Positions 1 through 9,839 of a stretch of DNA of 64,000 bases are shown piece by piece (the stretch's first letter is position 1; each line of letters starts with the position of its first letter). The stretch comes from Spirochaetota bacterium (lineage in GTDB: Bacteria; Spirochaetota; Spirochaetia; Treponematales; UBA12059). The notes under the pieces are model-generated. The model saw only the letters and a program-made list of their open reading frames with translations. It did no database searches and was not told the origin of the DNA. A program made the translations under genes and the position numbers. Location: positions 10,158-74,157 of the forward strand of contig JAKQKE010000039.1 of assembly GCA_029560805.1 (NCBI GenBank). The letters run 5' to 3'.

Positions 1-30
1 TCATGCAGTATACTCCCATAGCGCGCCACC

Positions 31-1359
31 GTGCCCTACGTCTTCCAAGGAGTGACAGGCTTGCCCCTATCGGGTATGATGGTCGACTACATGAGATTCC
101 TACCGAAGCGTTACCTAGAAGAGTTCTTCCTCTATTCGAGCCAATTCGTACTCTTCTTCATCATCATCCTGTTCACCTCGCCGGCCATCATCAGGCCGAG
201 CACCTCGGCGCTCATATCGCTGATCGTGTTCCTGCTCCTTCAGATAGCGCTCCTGGCGCGCTTCGGTCACCGGCCGCCGGCCAGGTTCTTCTTCTCGCTG
301 ATGACGCCGCTCGGCTATACGACCATCCTGACGCTGTCGAAGTCGGCCCAGGGCATCGATATGGCCAGCTTCTTCCTCTGGGCTACCTCTCTATACCTGG
401 GCGGCATCCAGGCGCTGGCCATCCTGTTCCGGCGCAAGTGGCCCAAGCGTATCGCCGAGATATTCCTATCGCTCGGCACTATCCTGTCGTTCATCTTCTT
501 CTATTTCTACCTGGACCTCCGCCTGACCAGCACCAAGGCCTACGAGGCCGGCGAACTCGGCTACGCAGCGTTGGTCTCGAGCCTCAAACTTTCGAACTTC
601 GGGCCGGCCTTCGGCGAGTTCGCCAAGACCCTGCAGCACGTCTTCTTCATGTTCGGCGCGGTTATGTTCGGCTCCTTCCAGGTGGCCGACAAGATCAAGC
701 AGGTGTCGATGAAGGCCAGGCTTGACCAGGTGTACTCGATCGTGGAGCCGCCTTCGGCCGAGCCGTCGATGTTCGACCAGGTGTCCGACGGCGAGAATCG
801 CGAGGTGGTCATACTGTACGCCGACCTCTGGAATTTTACCCCGATAGCCGAGAAGGAGGGCGCCAGGGCGACGATAGGCCTCCTCAACCGCTACTACGCG
901 CTCTGGGACATTGTCGCGCGCAAGCACGGCGGCGTCGTCGAGCAATTCGTCGGCGACACGGCCATCGTCGTGTTCGGCCTGATGGGCGAGAAGGACGCCG
1001 CCGACCAGGCCGTCAGCTGCGCGTTCGACTTCCTGTATGAGTTTTCACACCTGCAGGAGGACCTGGCGGCCCATCGCCTGCCCCTGGTCAAGCACATCGG
1101 CATAGGCGTGCACGCCGGCAAGGTGGCCGTCGGCGAGCTATCGTCGGCGAGCGGCGTGCAGCGCGTCGGCGTGGTCGGCGAGGCGGTCAACATCGCGGCC
1201 CGGCTCGACTCGCTGTGCCGCGAGTTCAAGCAGGACCTGCTCATCAGCCAGCCGGTCTACAAGCAGTTGTCGCTCGAGCCGCAGTCCCGCTTCCAGCCGA
1301 TGGGCGAGGTCCTGTTCCGCGGCAAGACCCAGCCTCAGGCGGTCTACGGCAAGAAGTAG
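31..1359 (+). CDS. Membrane-anchored class III adenylate/guanylate cyclase (polytopic N-terminal domain + C-terminal cyclase homology domain)
   Basis: 442-aa ORF. The N-terminal ~190 aa are hydrophobic. Cyclase motifs: 'VVILYADLWNFTPIAE', 'FVGDTAIVVFGL', 'GIGVHAGKVAVGEL', 'VVGEAVNIAARL'. An in-frame stop at 19-21 places the start inside the window. GTG31, TTG61 (AAGGAG ~8 nt upstream) and ATG76 are all possible starts. Confidence 0.85.
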   Translation: MPYVFQGVTGLPLSGMMVDYMRFLPKRYLEEFFLYSSQFVLFFIIILFTSPAIIRPSTSALISLIVFLLLQIALLARFGHRPPARFFFSLMTPLGYTTILTLSKSAQGIDMASFFLWATSLYLGGIQALAILFRRKWPKRIAEIFLSLGTILSFIFFYFYLDLRLTSTKAYEAGELGYAALVSSLKLSNFGPAFGEFAKTLQHVFFMFGAVMFGSFQVADKIKQVSMKARLDQVYSIVEPPSAEPSMFDQVSDGENREVVILYADLWNFTPIAEKEGARATIGLLNRYYALWDIVARKHGGVVEQFVGDTAIVVFGLMGEKDAADQAVSCAFDFLYEFSHLQEDLAAHRLPLVKHIGIGVHAGKVAVGELSSASGVQRVGVVGEAVNIAARLDSLCREFKQDLLISQPVYKQLSLEPQSRFQPMGEVLFRGKTQPQAVYGKK

Positions 1360-1368
1360 CCGCCTGGC

Positions 1369-4300
1369 CTAGGCGGGGAACCTCCAGAACCTGAGCAGCG
1401 CCGGCACGGCGAATAGCGTCAGGAGCGTAGAGATCGCCAGCCCGCCCGAGACCGCTATGCCGAGTGGCTGCAGGATGTTCGAGCCGGAGCCCATGCCGAG
1501 CGCTATCGGCAGCATCCCGAATACCGTCGTCAGCGTCGTGATCAGTATCGGCTTGAGCCGTAGGGCCGCAGCCGCCTCGATGGCGCTCGCGTTGTCCTGA
1601 TGGTTCTTGCGCGTCTTCAGGTAGAAGTCGATCATGATGATCGAGTTATTGACGACGACGCCGCAGAGCAGGATGGTGCCGAGCAGCGAATTGAGGTTGA
1701 GCGTCGAGCGGAACGCGAACAAGGACAGCGCCACGCCAACGAAGCCGAACGGCACGGCTACGAGGATAGCCAACGGCACGCCGAACGAGTCGTACTGGAA
1801 GGCCAGGAGCAGGTACACGAGCCCGATGGATATCGCCAGGGCGGCCAGGAGTGACGAGATGGCCTCGTCGAGCTCCCCTCGCGGGTTGTCGAAGGAATAG
1901 CCGTAGCCGGCCGGCGGCTCGATGGCCGAGTCGAACAGCCGGCGGGCCGCCGCTTCCTTCTCGAGCCGCACCGCGTCGCTCGCCTCGCCCGAGATGTTGG
2001 CGTAGAGCCTGTAGGCGGCCTCGCCGTTCTCGGAGTAGACCTGCGACACGGTCTCGGATTCCTCGAAGTCGAAGAAGTGCTTGAGCGGGACGCCCGTGCC
2101 CTTCCACGGTACGAGGAAGCGGGCCAGCTCGTCGCGTGAGTCGAGGAGGCCGTCGGGATAGGTCGCCGAGACTGATACCTCGCTCGAGCCGTCGCTCAGC
2201 GACAGGCCGGCGCTGCCGGCCAGCGACCTTCTGATGAGCGTGGCCATGGAAGCCTCGCCGAGACCTGGGAAACCGTCGAACGCGCCCGGCCTCGTCTCGA
2301 ACGCGACCTCCCGCGTAAGAGCCGGGGAGGGTCTCGCGTAGGTCCGGCCGTACAGCCTCGAGTCGTTGAGCGCTCGTTGCATCTCGTCGAGGAGGGCGAC
2401 CTTGACCGTGGGGTCCGGGCCGTGGACGCTGAGCCTGAGGTCGTTCGTCTGCGGCAGGGGCAGGGCGGCGGGGTCCCACGAGGCTATGCTGAAGTACCAC
2501 TGGCCCTCGGACTCGAATTCCGCCTCGAGCCTGACGATCGCCTCGTCGGTATATTCCGTGCTCTCGAGGTCGACGAAGATCTGATTCATTCGACCGGAGA
2601 CGCTGGCGAAGTCTTTATACGCTATCGGGTCCATCGCGCCGGCTATCCGTTCGCGCAGTTCCGGCATTAGCCGCTCTATCACCTCGGGTGCCGTCGTGTA
2701 GTCGCCGTGCCGGAAGAAGACAACTACGCGGTCGGAGCTCGGCGTCGGCAGCATCTCCTTGGGCACGCGCGGCAAGAGGAGCCCTACCGATACCACGAGC
2801 GCCGCGAAGGCTAGAGTCAGGAAGGTGGCCGCCCTCGGCCTGGTTCGTATCACGGCGCGAAGCGCGCGTCGATAGGCCTCCACGAGTCGATCCATGGCGG
2901 CATCGGCTATCTTCGCGTAGCCGCGCGGCTCGGAGAGCGCCGCGCGTTTCCCCGTACCGAAGAGTAGGTACGCGGCTACCGGCACGAAGCTTAGCGAGAC
3001 CAGTAGCGAGACGAGTAGCGAGAACACCACGGTCTTGGCCTGGTCGCCGAGGATGGCCGCCGCGAGCGGCGCGGTGAAGGTGAGCGGGAGGAAGACCGCC
3101 ACCGAGGTCAGGGCCGACGCTATGACGGGGCCGCGTACCTGCCTGGTGGCGTCGGCTACCAGGTCCTTGCCCGCCGCCGAACCGCTCGCGTCACCGGCGC
3201 GCCTCGCCTCGGCGCGCCAGCGGTGGATATTCTCCATGACCACGATGGTCGGGTCGACGATCATGCCGACGGCCAGCGCCAGGCCGCCGAGCGATATGAG
3301 GTTGATGGTCAGGCCGAACAGGGACATCAGGATGAAGGAGAGCACGATGGTAACCGGCACCGTCAGCGCGATGATCAGCGTGTTCCGCAGCTCTCCCAGG
3401 ATCAGGAAAACGATCAGGACGGCCAGGAGGCCGCCGAGCAGAGCAGACTGGACGACGTTGCTAATGGAGCGGTTAATGTACCTGGCCGGGTCCAGGTACA
3501 GCTCGAAGCCGACGTCGGCCGGGAGGCGGCCGGAAGCCTTGGCTTCTTCCATTATTACCACTAGTTCCTCGGTCATGCGGTTCAGGTTGCCGCCGTCCTC
3601 GGGCGTCAGCGTGATCTGGATGGCCGGCTTGTCGCCGAGCAGGAAGACCCTTGACGGTAGGTCGTAGCGCACGTCGATCTCGGCGATATCCTCGAGCCGC
3701 GTGACCGCCAGGCCGTCTCGGGCTATCTCGAGGCGGCCTAGCGACTCGAGCCCGGCCGTCGGCCTCCGTAAGCGCAGGCTATAGCGTTCGTCGCCCTCCC
3801 GCAGGGTGCCGAGCGGCGATGGGGACAGGCCGGCCCTGAAGGCCGCGTCCACGTCGAGCATCGAAACGCCGGCGGCCAGCATCGCCTCGTGGTCGAGGGT
3901 CACCTCGACGCTCAGCTCCTCGAGGCCATAGATGCCGTACTCGTCGACGCCGTCTATCGTCGCCAGGCGGCTCTCGACGCCGGCCTGGAGCATTGGCATC
4001 AGCTCCTCGGGCGGCGTCGCGTTCGACACGACGCCCATCACGATGAAGCCGGCGTTCTCGCCCTCGCGGAAGCGTATCGAGTAGGCGTCGCGTAGGTCCT
4101 CGGGCAGGTAGCTCCTGACGCCGTTCATCGCGGCGACGACCTGGTCCCTGGCCGCGTCGCCATCGATCTCCCAATCGAAGGTGATCGTGATCGAGCTCGA
4201 GTCGCTCGAGTACGTCGTCTCGACGAGGTCGACATTATCCATGGACGTCAGCGCCGGCTCGATCGAGTCGGCTGCGTACTGGTCGCGGAAGTCTATCGCC

Positions 4301-4458
4301 GACATCCCGGGATGGCTGAAGCGCACCGTGACCATCGGCCTGCGGGTCTGGGGGTACATCAGTACCGGCAGGGCGTCGAACATGACGACGCCGGCCGCGC
4401 ATAGCAGCGCGAGTAACAACAGGAAGCCCTTGATACGGCTGAAGACGAGCCTGAGCAT
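1369..4458 (-). CDS. RND efflux permease (AcrB/AcrD/AcrF family)
   Basis: 1029-aa ORF with the typical RND size and two large periplasmic loops between TM bundles. Example motifs: 'GMIVDPTIVVMENIHR', 'FGMLPIALGMGSGS'. It starts directly after the adaptor gene stop (4459/4458). Confidence 0.9.
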   Translation of the reverse strand: MLRLVFSRIKGFLLLLALLCAAGVVMFDALPVLMYPQTRRPMVTVRFSHPGMSAIDFRDQYAADSIEPALTSMDNVDLVETTYSSDSSSITITFDWEIDGDAARDQVVAAMNGVRSYLPEDLRDAYSIRFREGENAGFIVMGVVSNATPPEELMPMLQAGVESRLATIDGVDEYGIYGLEELSVEVTLDHEAMLAAGVSMLDVDAAFRAGLSPSPLGTLREGDERYSLRLRRPTAGLESLGRLEIARDGLAVTRLEDIAEIDVRYDLPSRVFLLGDKPAIQITLTPEDGGNLNRMTEELVVIMEEAKASGRLPADVGFELYLDPARYINRSISNVVQSALLGGLLAVLIVFLILGELRNTLIIALTVPVTIVLSFILMSLFGLTINLISLGGLALAVGMIVDPTIVVMENIHRWRAEARRAGDASGSAAGKDLVADATRQVRGPVIASALTSVAVFLPLTFTAPLAAAILGDQAKTVVFSLLVSLLVSLSFVPVAAYLLFGTGKRAALSEPRGYAKIADAAMDRLVEAYRRALRAVIRTRPRAATFLTLAFAALVVSVGLLLPRVPKEMLPTPSSDRVVVFFRHGDYTTAPEVIERLMPELRERIAGAMDPIAYKDFASVSGRMNQIFVDLESTEYTDEAIVRLEAEFESEGQWYFSIASWDPAALPLPQTNDLRLSVHGPDPTVKVALLDEMQRALNDSRLYGRTYARPSPALTREVAFETRPGAFDGFPGLGEASMATLIRRSLAGSAGLSLSDGSSEVSVSATYPDGLLDSRDELARFLVPWKGTGVPLKHFFDFEESETVSQVYSENGEAAYRLYANISGEASDAVRLEKEAAARRLFDSAIEPPAGYGYSFDNPRGELDEAISSLLAALAISIGLVYLLLAFQYDSFGVPLAILVAVPFGFVGVALSLFAFRSTLNLNSLLGTILLCGVVVNNSIIMIDFYLKTRKNHQDNASAIEAAAALRLKPILITTLTTVFGMLPIALGMGSGSNILQPLGIAVSGGLAISTLLTLFAVPALLRFWRFPA

Positions 4459-5370
4459 CTAGCGGGATCTCCCCGAAGGCAGGTCGAGGGCCGGCATGCC
4501 CTCGCGTTCGGCGCCCGTCAACGCGGCCAGGTAACGCGCGCCGGGCTCGAGCCCGGATAGGACGAGCGCCTCGTCGCCGTAGCTCCGGCCCAGGGTCACT
4601 TCCACGGCGCCGATCGTGCCGTCGTCGCGCAGGACCCAGACGACGCTCCTCGAGAAGCGCCTGACGACGAGGGCCTTGTCGATGAAGACGCCGCGTACGG
4701 GATAGGCGCGCAGGTCAGCGAAAACCATGGCCCCGGCGACCGCGCCCGGCTGAGCCTGGAAGGATAGCGTCAGCGCGTACAGCCCGGTGGCGTAGTCCGG
4801 TTCGGGGGATAGTCCGACGGCGACGCCCCGCAGCTTCGCGCCGCCGGCCGTCCTGGCTTCGACGTTTCCTCGCGGTTCGAGGGCCAGGCCGCCCGCGTCC
4901 TTGTCGCTGACGGCCGCCTCGAGCGTGAAGGACGAGTCGTCGAGCACCGTCGCGAGTACGGCGCCGGAGCGGACCTCCTCGCCTTCCTTGAGCGCGAGCG
5001 TCGAGACGACGCCGGCGATGCGCGACGATACGACGAGCGGACGATAAGATTCCCCCGGGATGTCCCTGCCTATCGATACGAGCGCCTGGCCAGCTCGAAC
5101 GCGCTCTCCGGGCCTGACGAACAGCTCGGCGATATAGCCGGCGGCCGGGGCGCTATGTGTAGCCGTCCTGGCGGGCTTGAGCCTGCCGGCTATCGTGACC
5201 ACGGAGCTACGGCTCTCCATCCGGGCCGTCTTGGTTCTCGGCCCGGGCGTCGCGCCTTGAGATGGCATTCCGCCGGGCGAACCTCCCGCCGGCGGTCCGC
5301 CCGATGGCTGACCGCCGGCGATAGCGGCGGCGAGGAGCAGTATGCATAGTGTCGTCGCGTATCGTCTCAT
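4459..5370 (-). CDS. RND efflux periplasmic adaptor (membrane fusion protein, HlyD-like)
   Basis: Abuts the RND permease gene on its upstream side. Signal-anchor 'MRRYATTLCILLLAAAIAGG'. Lipoyl/barrel-sandwich-like 'GYIAELFVRPGERVRAGQALVSI'. I prefer ATG at 5370 over the track start at 5505, because the 45-aa extension is not signal-like. Confidence 0.8.
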   Translation of the reverse strand: MRRYATTLCILLLAAAIAGGQPSGGPPAGGSPGGMPSQGATPGPRTKTARMESRSSVVTIAGRLKPARTATHSAPAAGYIAELFVRPGERVRAGQALVSIGRDIPGESYRPLVVSSRIAGVVSTLALKEGEEVRSGAVLATVLDDSSFTLEAAVSDKDAGGLALEPRGNVEARTAGGAKLRGVAVGLSPEPDYATGLYALTLSFQAQPGAVAGAMVFADLRAYPVRGVFIDKALVVRRFSRSVVWVLRDDGTIGAVEVTLGRSYGDEALVLSGLEPGARYLAALTGAEREGMPALDLPSGRSR

Positions 5371-5461
5371 TGTATGTACCTGTAGGCGCTCTTCCGCGCC
5401 GTATCCCCTGTGATGCATCGATCCGTGCATAGTGTAAAGCAGGAGGCGGCGTCGTGGATAC

Positions 5462-5501
5462 AAAAAACGCGAGACCGGCCGGCATGCCGACGGTCTCGCG
5501 T
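5462..5501 (-). terminator. Rho-independent terminator downstream of the acyl-CoA synthetase gene
   Basis: The minus-strand RNA reads CGCGAGACCG-loop-CGGTCTCGCG (10-11 bp perfect GC-rich stem) followed by UUUUUU (plus-strand AAAAAA at 5462-5467). It lies ~40 nt after the stop at 5542. Confidence 0.65.
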
Positions 5502-5521
5502 TCATAGCTCCGTTCGTCGAG

Positions 5522-5561
5522 CTAGTTGGCGGCGACGACGCCTAGTTGGCGGCGACGAAGC
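5522..5561. repeat. 20-bp direct tandem duplication spanning the stop codon of the acyl-CoA synthetase gene
   Basis: 'ctagttggcggcgacgacgc' (5522-5541) is followed by 'ctagttggcggcgacgaagc' (5542-5561), 18/20 identical. The second copy encodes the last residues 'FVAAN*'. Confidence 0.8.
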
Positions 5562-7254
5562 GTTTTACCTTCTTGGTCGTCGTCATCTCGAGCGGCTCGG
5601 CGAGCATGGTCACCTTGCCGATGCGCTGATAGGGCAGCATGTCGGCGTTCACCTCGTCCACTACCTTACGGATATGGGCCTCGATGGCCGCTTCGTCATA
5701 GACCTTGCCGTTCTTGGCTCCGTCCTGCTCGAACCAGTCCTTGTTCGGGTAGATGCAGGCCTCGATGCCTTCGGACTTCTCCTTCTTGTCCAGGAGATAG
5801 CCTCGTACGAGCACCTGTTCCACCTCGGTGTAGAGCTGGAAATGGTTCTCGATCTCCTCCGGATAGACGTTCTTGCCGCCCTCGGTAACGATCAGGTTCT
5901 TCGCGCGACCGGTCAGGTAGAGGTAATCGTCGTCGTCGAGGTAGCCGATATCGCCGGTCAAGAGCCAGCCGTCACGGAACGACTCGCGCGTCGCTTCATC
6001 GTTCTTGTAGTAGCCCTGCATGACCATCGGGCCCTTGACGACTATCTGGCCTCGTCCCTCGTCGTCCTTGTCGATGATCCGCATCTCCATGCCCGGAAGG
6101 ACCTTGCCGACGCTCTCTTCCTTGTACGCCTCGGTCGGGTTGAGCGCGATGATGGGGCTGGTCTCGGTCAGGCCGTAGCCTTGGACGAAGTCGATGCCGA
6201 GCTGGTTGTACATCCTGAACACGCTCGGCGCCAGCGGGCCGCCGCCCGAGATGCAGATGCGTATGGTCCGGAGGCTGGCCTTGTCGAGGATGGCGCCGAA
6301 CATCTTCTTGCCCGGGTTTACCTTGAATACCTTCTTGACGAAGCCGGAGATGGACATCAGGAAGCGTATCAGGCCGTAGACGAGCGCTCCCTTCTCCTTG
6401 ATGCCCTTCATGATGCCGTCCAGCACCTTGTTGAACAGGAGCGGCACGCCGAGGAACATCGTTACCCGGGCTTCCTTCAGGTCCTTCAGGATAGCCTTCG
6501 TGACCATGCGCTGACCGAACACGATCTCCGCGCCTACCGACAGCGCCTCGATGAAGACGGCGAGCATCGTATAGGAATGGTGGATGGGCAGGAGGGCGTA
6601 GAAGACGTCCGTATGGAAGATGCTCAGGTTGCCCTGGGCGAGGAAGCAGTCGGAGACCAGGTTAGCGTGGGTGAGCATGACGCCCTTCGGGGTGCCCGTG
6701 GTCCCGCTGGTGAACAGGATGGCCGCGAGGTCGGACTCGACCGCCGTATCTGGCGTCCGCGAGGCTCCGGCCAGCTCGTAGCAGTAACCCGGCTTTTTCT
6801 TGGACAGAGACCAGCGGGCCCGGAGGCCGAGCTTGGCGGGGTCGAGCGCGTCGTACTTCTCCTCGTCGACGAAGAGGGCCACGGCGTCGGACGCCTTGAT
6901 GATCGAGACGATCTCCTCGTTCTTGATCTGGTAGTCGATGGGTACGACGGTCGCGCCGGCGAAGAGGATGGCCAGGTAGCAGACTGCCCACTCGGGCGAG
7001 TTCTTGCCGGTCAGCGCGATCTTGTCGCCTTTCCGTACGCCCTCCGCCGCGAGGAAGGAGGCTAGGCCCTCGATGCTCGTTAGCGCTTCCGCATAGCTTA
7101 GCGTGGTCCTGTCGGGATCGTAGACGGTGAAGCAAGGGCTGTCGGGATAACGGGACGCCGTCATCCTGAAGAGCTCGGGTAGCGTGGGCCACTGGCCCGT
7201 GAAGGCCTTGCCCCTATATTGGTCGAGGATCTTCAGCGGGGTACGTTCGATCAT
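5542..7254 (-). CDS. Long-chain-fatty-acid--CoA ligase (AMP-forming acyl-CoA synthetase)
   Basis: AMP-binding signature 'ILFTSGTTGTPKGVMLTH'. Also 'GYGLTETSP', 'GWLLTGDIGYLDDDDYLYLTGRAKN' and C-terminal 'TTTKKVKR'. ATG at 7254 is preceded by GGAGGAAAA, so it is preferred over the track start at 7308. Confidence 0.9.
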   Translation of the reverse strand: MIERTPLKILDQYRGKAFTGQWPTLPELFRMTASRYPDSPCFTVYDPDRTTLSYAEALTSIEGLASFLAAEGVRKGDKIALTGKNSPEWAVCYLAILFAGATVVPIDYQIKNEEIVSIIKASDAVALFVDEEKYDALDPAKLGLRARWSLSKKKPGYCYELAGASRTPDTAVESDLAAILFTSGTTGTPKGVMLTHANLVSDCFLAQGNLSIFHTDVFYALLPIHHSYTMLAVFIEALSVGAEIVFGQRMVTKAILKDLKEARVTMFLGVPLLFNKVLDGIMKGIKEKGALVYGLIRFLMSISGFVKKVFKVNPGKKMFGAILDKASLRTIRICISGGGPLAPSVFRMYNQLGIDFVQGYGLTETSPIIALNPTEAYKEESVGKVLPGMEMRIIDKDDEGRGQIVVKGPMVMQGYYKNDEATRESFRDGWLLTGDIGYLDDDDYLYLTGRAKNLIVTEGGKNVYPEEIENHFQLYTEVEQVLVRGYLLDKKEKSEGIEACIYPNKDWFEQDGAKNGKVYDEAAIEAHIRKVVDEVNADMLPYQRIGKVTMLAEPLEMTTTKKVKRFVAAN

Positions 7255-7386
7255 ATCGTTTTCCTCCAAAAGCCATGAGAGAGCATAGCATACCGTGCAT
7301 ATAGACACCCTGGAAAACCGGAGGTTGCGCGGAACGCGACGTTTTTTATGATAACGTCGAGGCGATGTAACCGTCGCCGTGCGCCG

Positions 7387-7416
7387 TTGTATTATATCGT
7401 CGCCAACGCATATACT
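7387..7416 (+). promoter_or_regulatory. Candidate sigma70-type promoter for the downstream lipoprotein gene
   Basis: TTGTAT (7387-7392), an 18-nt spacer, then TATACT (7411-7416), ~34 nt upstream of ATG 7450. Pattern match only. Confidence 0.3.
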
Positions 7417-7449
7417 GCGCCGGTCATACCGTCGGCCCGAGGAGCTACG

Positions 7450-8190
7450 ATGCGAAGAGCCATAGCCTCGTCAAGGATTCTCGCTCTACCCGCCTTCGCC
7501 CTCATGGCGCTACTAGCAGTCTCGTGCGGCGCCTCGGTGGAGCTGGCTATCGGGGCCGGCGGCTCGGCCTCCATCGGTCTCGGGGTCGAGGTGCCGCCGG
7601 CGGTCGAGGCCAGGATACGGCGTTTCACGGCATCGGCGGGGGCCGCGGCGAGCGCCCCGCTTTTCGACGCCGCGGCCGTCTCCGGCGCCGTCAGGGCTCG
7701 TGGAGCGACGGTCGATTCGTCCAGAGCCCCGACCACGGGCTCGTACCGAGGCTCCTTCAGGGCGGCCGACCTGACCGCGCTCATAGCCGGCACGGAGGGG
7801 CTCGGGGCCGCCCTCGACTACCGGCGCGCTCCCGGCCGGGCCTCACTCGCGTTCAGGCTCGATCGAACTACCGCGCCGGCCCTCGTCGGGCTGTTCCCGG
7901 GCATCGACGCCGAGCTACTCGAGTCGCTGCAACCGCCGGCGCTCTACGATAACCCCGTCAGCGTCGCCGAGTACCGCTCGATGCTGGCTGGCCTCCTCGG
8001 GCAGGCGGCGCTTAGCGTTATCGACGGGCAAGCCCTGGAGCTACGCGTAACGCTGCCCGGGCCCGTGCTCGAGCTGTCCGGCGCCGCGAAGGCCGCGCCC
8101 GGAGGGCGCTCGGTGTCGATTTCGGTACCGGCCCTGGAGGCGATGGTGCTGGCGGAACCGGTCGCCTTTTGCGTCGAGTGGTCCGAGTAG
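7450..8190 (+). CDS. Hypothetical lipoprotein
   Basis: ATG 7450 is preceded by GAGGAG. Signal peptide plus lipobox 'ALMALLAVSCGA'. Ala/Gly-rich with coding-like GC3. No recognisable catalytic motif. Confidence 0.6.
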   Translation: MRRAIASSRILALPAFALMALLAVSCGASVELAIGAGGSASIGLGVEVPPAVEARIRRFTASAGAAASAPLFDAAAVSGAVRARGATVDSSRAPTTGSYRGSFRAADLTALIAGTEGLGAALDYRRAPGRASLAFRLDRTTAPALVGLFPGIDAELLESLQPPALYDNPVSVAEYRSMLAGLLGQAALSVIDGQALELRVTLPGPVLELSGAAKAAPGGRSVSISVPALEAMVLAEPVAFCVEWSE

Positions 8191-8438
8191 CTTCGAGTGT
8201 TACGAAGAGTGTTGGTCCGCTTCCAGTACTGCCTCAACCGTACCGACTGCTAACGAGTTTGGCGTCTATTTGTAGCTCTGTAAAACAATTATGGACGATA
8301 GGCCAATAAGGTTCATGCCACGAGGCGAGTAGCCGACCGGATTGTCTTTTCCACTTCCTACCATAATTTTTTGCCGCTTCGATTGACAGCGACCGCGGCC
8401 TGTGAGACCATGAGACGCTTCCAAGCTCTATCGTAGGG

Positions 8439-9839
8439 GTGGTTTACTTGGATTATCGTAGAGCCAAGACTACGGTTTCGGCCGTATCGTGGGCGATCGC
8501 GGCGCTGGCGTTCGCCGTCATCGTCTTCATAGCCAGCGCGCGGTCGGGCATCGTCGGTACGGCCGTCTCCGGCGTGGCCGCCTTCGTCATGGTATTCATA
8601 GCTCGGCGAGCGATCTCGTCCGCGTTGGACGAGCGCCTGTACCGCCTGATCCTTGGCCGCGGCGTTTCCAAGCTGCTTATGGACTTCGTCGAGCGGATCC
8701 GGACCTGCTTCACGATGCCCGAGTTCGTATCCGCGATCCGGGAAAGCCTCGAATTGTCCATGGACGCCTCGGTCGTGCTGATCCGCAGCAATACCTGGGA
8801 GGTCGTCTACTCGAGCCCGGCGGCGCTGACCGCCGACCCCGGCCTGGTACCGAACCTTAAGCGTAACTTCCGCGAGCTTTCCGAGGGTCTCGTGTTTATG
8901 GACGAGCGACTCAACCTGACGGTATCCAGCCAGGGCGCGCGCGGCTTCTTCGTGCTCTGCAGGGGCTACTATCTGTTCGTGTTCTCGCGGCTCTGCCCCT
9001 ATGCCGACCACGATGCCTACCGGGTGCTGTACGGCGAGCTCCTGATCTTTTTCGACCGCGTGCTTACCGTGGCCAAGCTGTTCGACATAGCCGCTCTGAC
9101 CAAGGAATGGCGGCAGATAGCCGAGACGCAACGTACCTTCCTGCCTGAGATGTTGCCGGAGCAGCCTAAACTGACGCTCGCGGCGTACTGGCGCCCCCTG
9201 GTCAACGTTTCGGGCGACTTCTACGACGCCATTCGCATCGACGACGACCGTACGCTGCTCGTGATGGGCGACGTATCCGGCAAGGGCCTCGCCGCCGCCC
9301 TCGTCATGGGCGTCGTGATCAACACGATACGCGCGGCCGGCGACAAGGCCGACCTGGCCGCGCTCATCCGCTCCTGCGATCGGGCCATCCGCGGCATGGG
9401 CCTCGAGGACAAGTACGTGGTGATGTTCCTGGGCCTGGTCGACGTCGGGGCCAAGCGCCTGCGCTACGTTAACGCGGCCATGCCGGACCAGTACCTGGTC
9501 GTGCGCACCGTCAAGGGGCCCGTCATCAAGCGCCTCGCCTCGAACTGCGGCATCGTCGGCCTCGTACCGGTGGCCTCGGTCGAGGTCGAGGAGATAGAGC
9601 TACGGACCGACGACGTCATCGCGCTGACGACCGACGGGCTGACCGAGATAATGGGCGCCGACGGACTGGCGATCGACCAGTCGACGGAGTTCGCCAAGCT
9701 GATGGGCGGCGCCGTCGACTCGAGCATAGACGACCTCGTCGAGCGCCTAGCCACCCTCGGCGAGACCTACAACGCCGAGGCGTCGCTGCGCGACGATATC
9801 ACGATACTGGCGGCCAAGGTTGGACGGTTATGGGACTGA
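8439..9839 (+). CDS. Membrane-anchored PP2C-family (SpoIIE/RsbU-like) serine phosphatase
   Basis: 466 aa with a GTG start. Two N-terminal TM helices. PP2C motifs: 'SGDFYDAIRIDDDRTLLVMGDVSGKGLAAALVMG', 'LTTDGLTEIMG', 'RDDITILAAK'. Confidence 0.85.
   Translation: MVYLDYRRAKTTVSAVSWAIAALAFAVIVFIASARSGIVGTAVSGVAAFVMVFIARRAISSALDERLYRLILGRGVSKLLMDFVERIRTCFTMPEFVSAIRESLELSMDASVVLIRSNTWEVVYSSPAALTADPGLVPNLKRNFRELSEGLVFMDERLNLTVSSQGARGFFVLCRGYYLFVFSRLCPYADHDAYRVLYGELLIFFDRVLTVAKLFDIAALTKEWRQIAETQRTFLPEMLPEQPKLTLAAYWRPLVNVSGDFYDAIRIDDDRTLLVMGDVSGKGLAAALVMGVVINTIRAAGDKADLAALIRSCDRAIRGMGLEDKYVVMFLGLVDVGAKRLRYVNAAMPDQYLVVRTVKGPVIKRLASNCGIVGLVPVASVEVEEIELRTDDVIALTTDGLTEIMGADGLAIDQSTEFAKLMGGAVDSSIDDLVERLATLGETYNAEASLRDDITILAAKVGRLWD

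Noticed and set aside
3-725. 240-aa plus-strand ORF at the left edge.
   Set aside because: It shares the region with the cyclase ORF (31-1359), which has clear TM helices and cyclase motifs. This frame is Pro/Arg/His-rich with no motif.
5410-7065. 551-aa plus-strand ORF antisense to the acyl-CoA synthetase gene. Similar long antisense or alternative-frame ORFs occur at 25511-26686(-), 31870-32961(-), 40775-41716(-), 41860-43476(-), 51496-52554(+), 55336-56328(+) and 59684-61144(+).
   Set aside because: Their translations are Arg/Gly/Asp/Val/Leu/His-rich and low-complexity, with no recognisable motifs. Each overlaps a gene with strong family signatures on the other strand or frame. This is the expected artefact of stop-codon-poor high-GC DNA.
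8191-8438. Relatively AT-rich 248-nt intergenic spacer with an 8-nt inverted repeat (CAATTATGG...CCATAATT followed by TTTTT) and a TTGACA hexamer, considered as an sRNA or terminator.
   Set aside because: The inverted-repeat arms are ~65 nt apart, so this is not a terminator. No convincing -10 sits at proper spacing from TTGACA, and there is no conserved-looking structure. The evidence is insufficient for a call.
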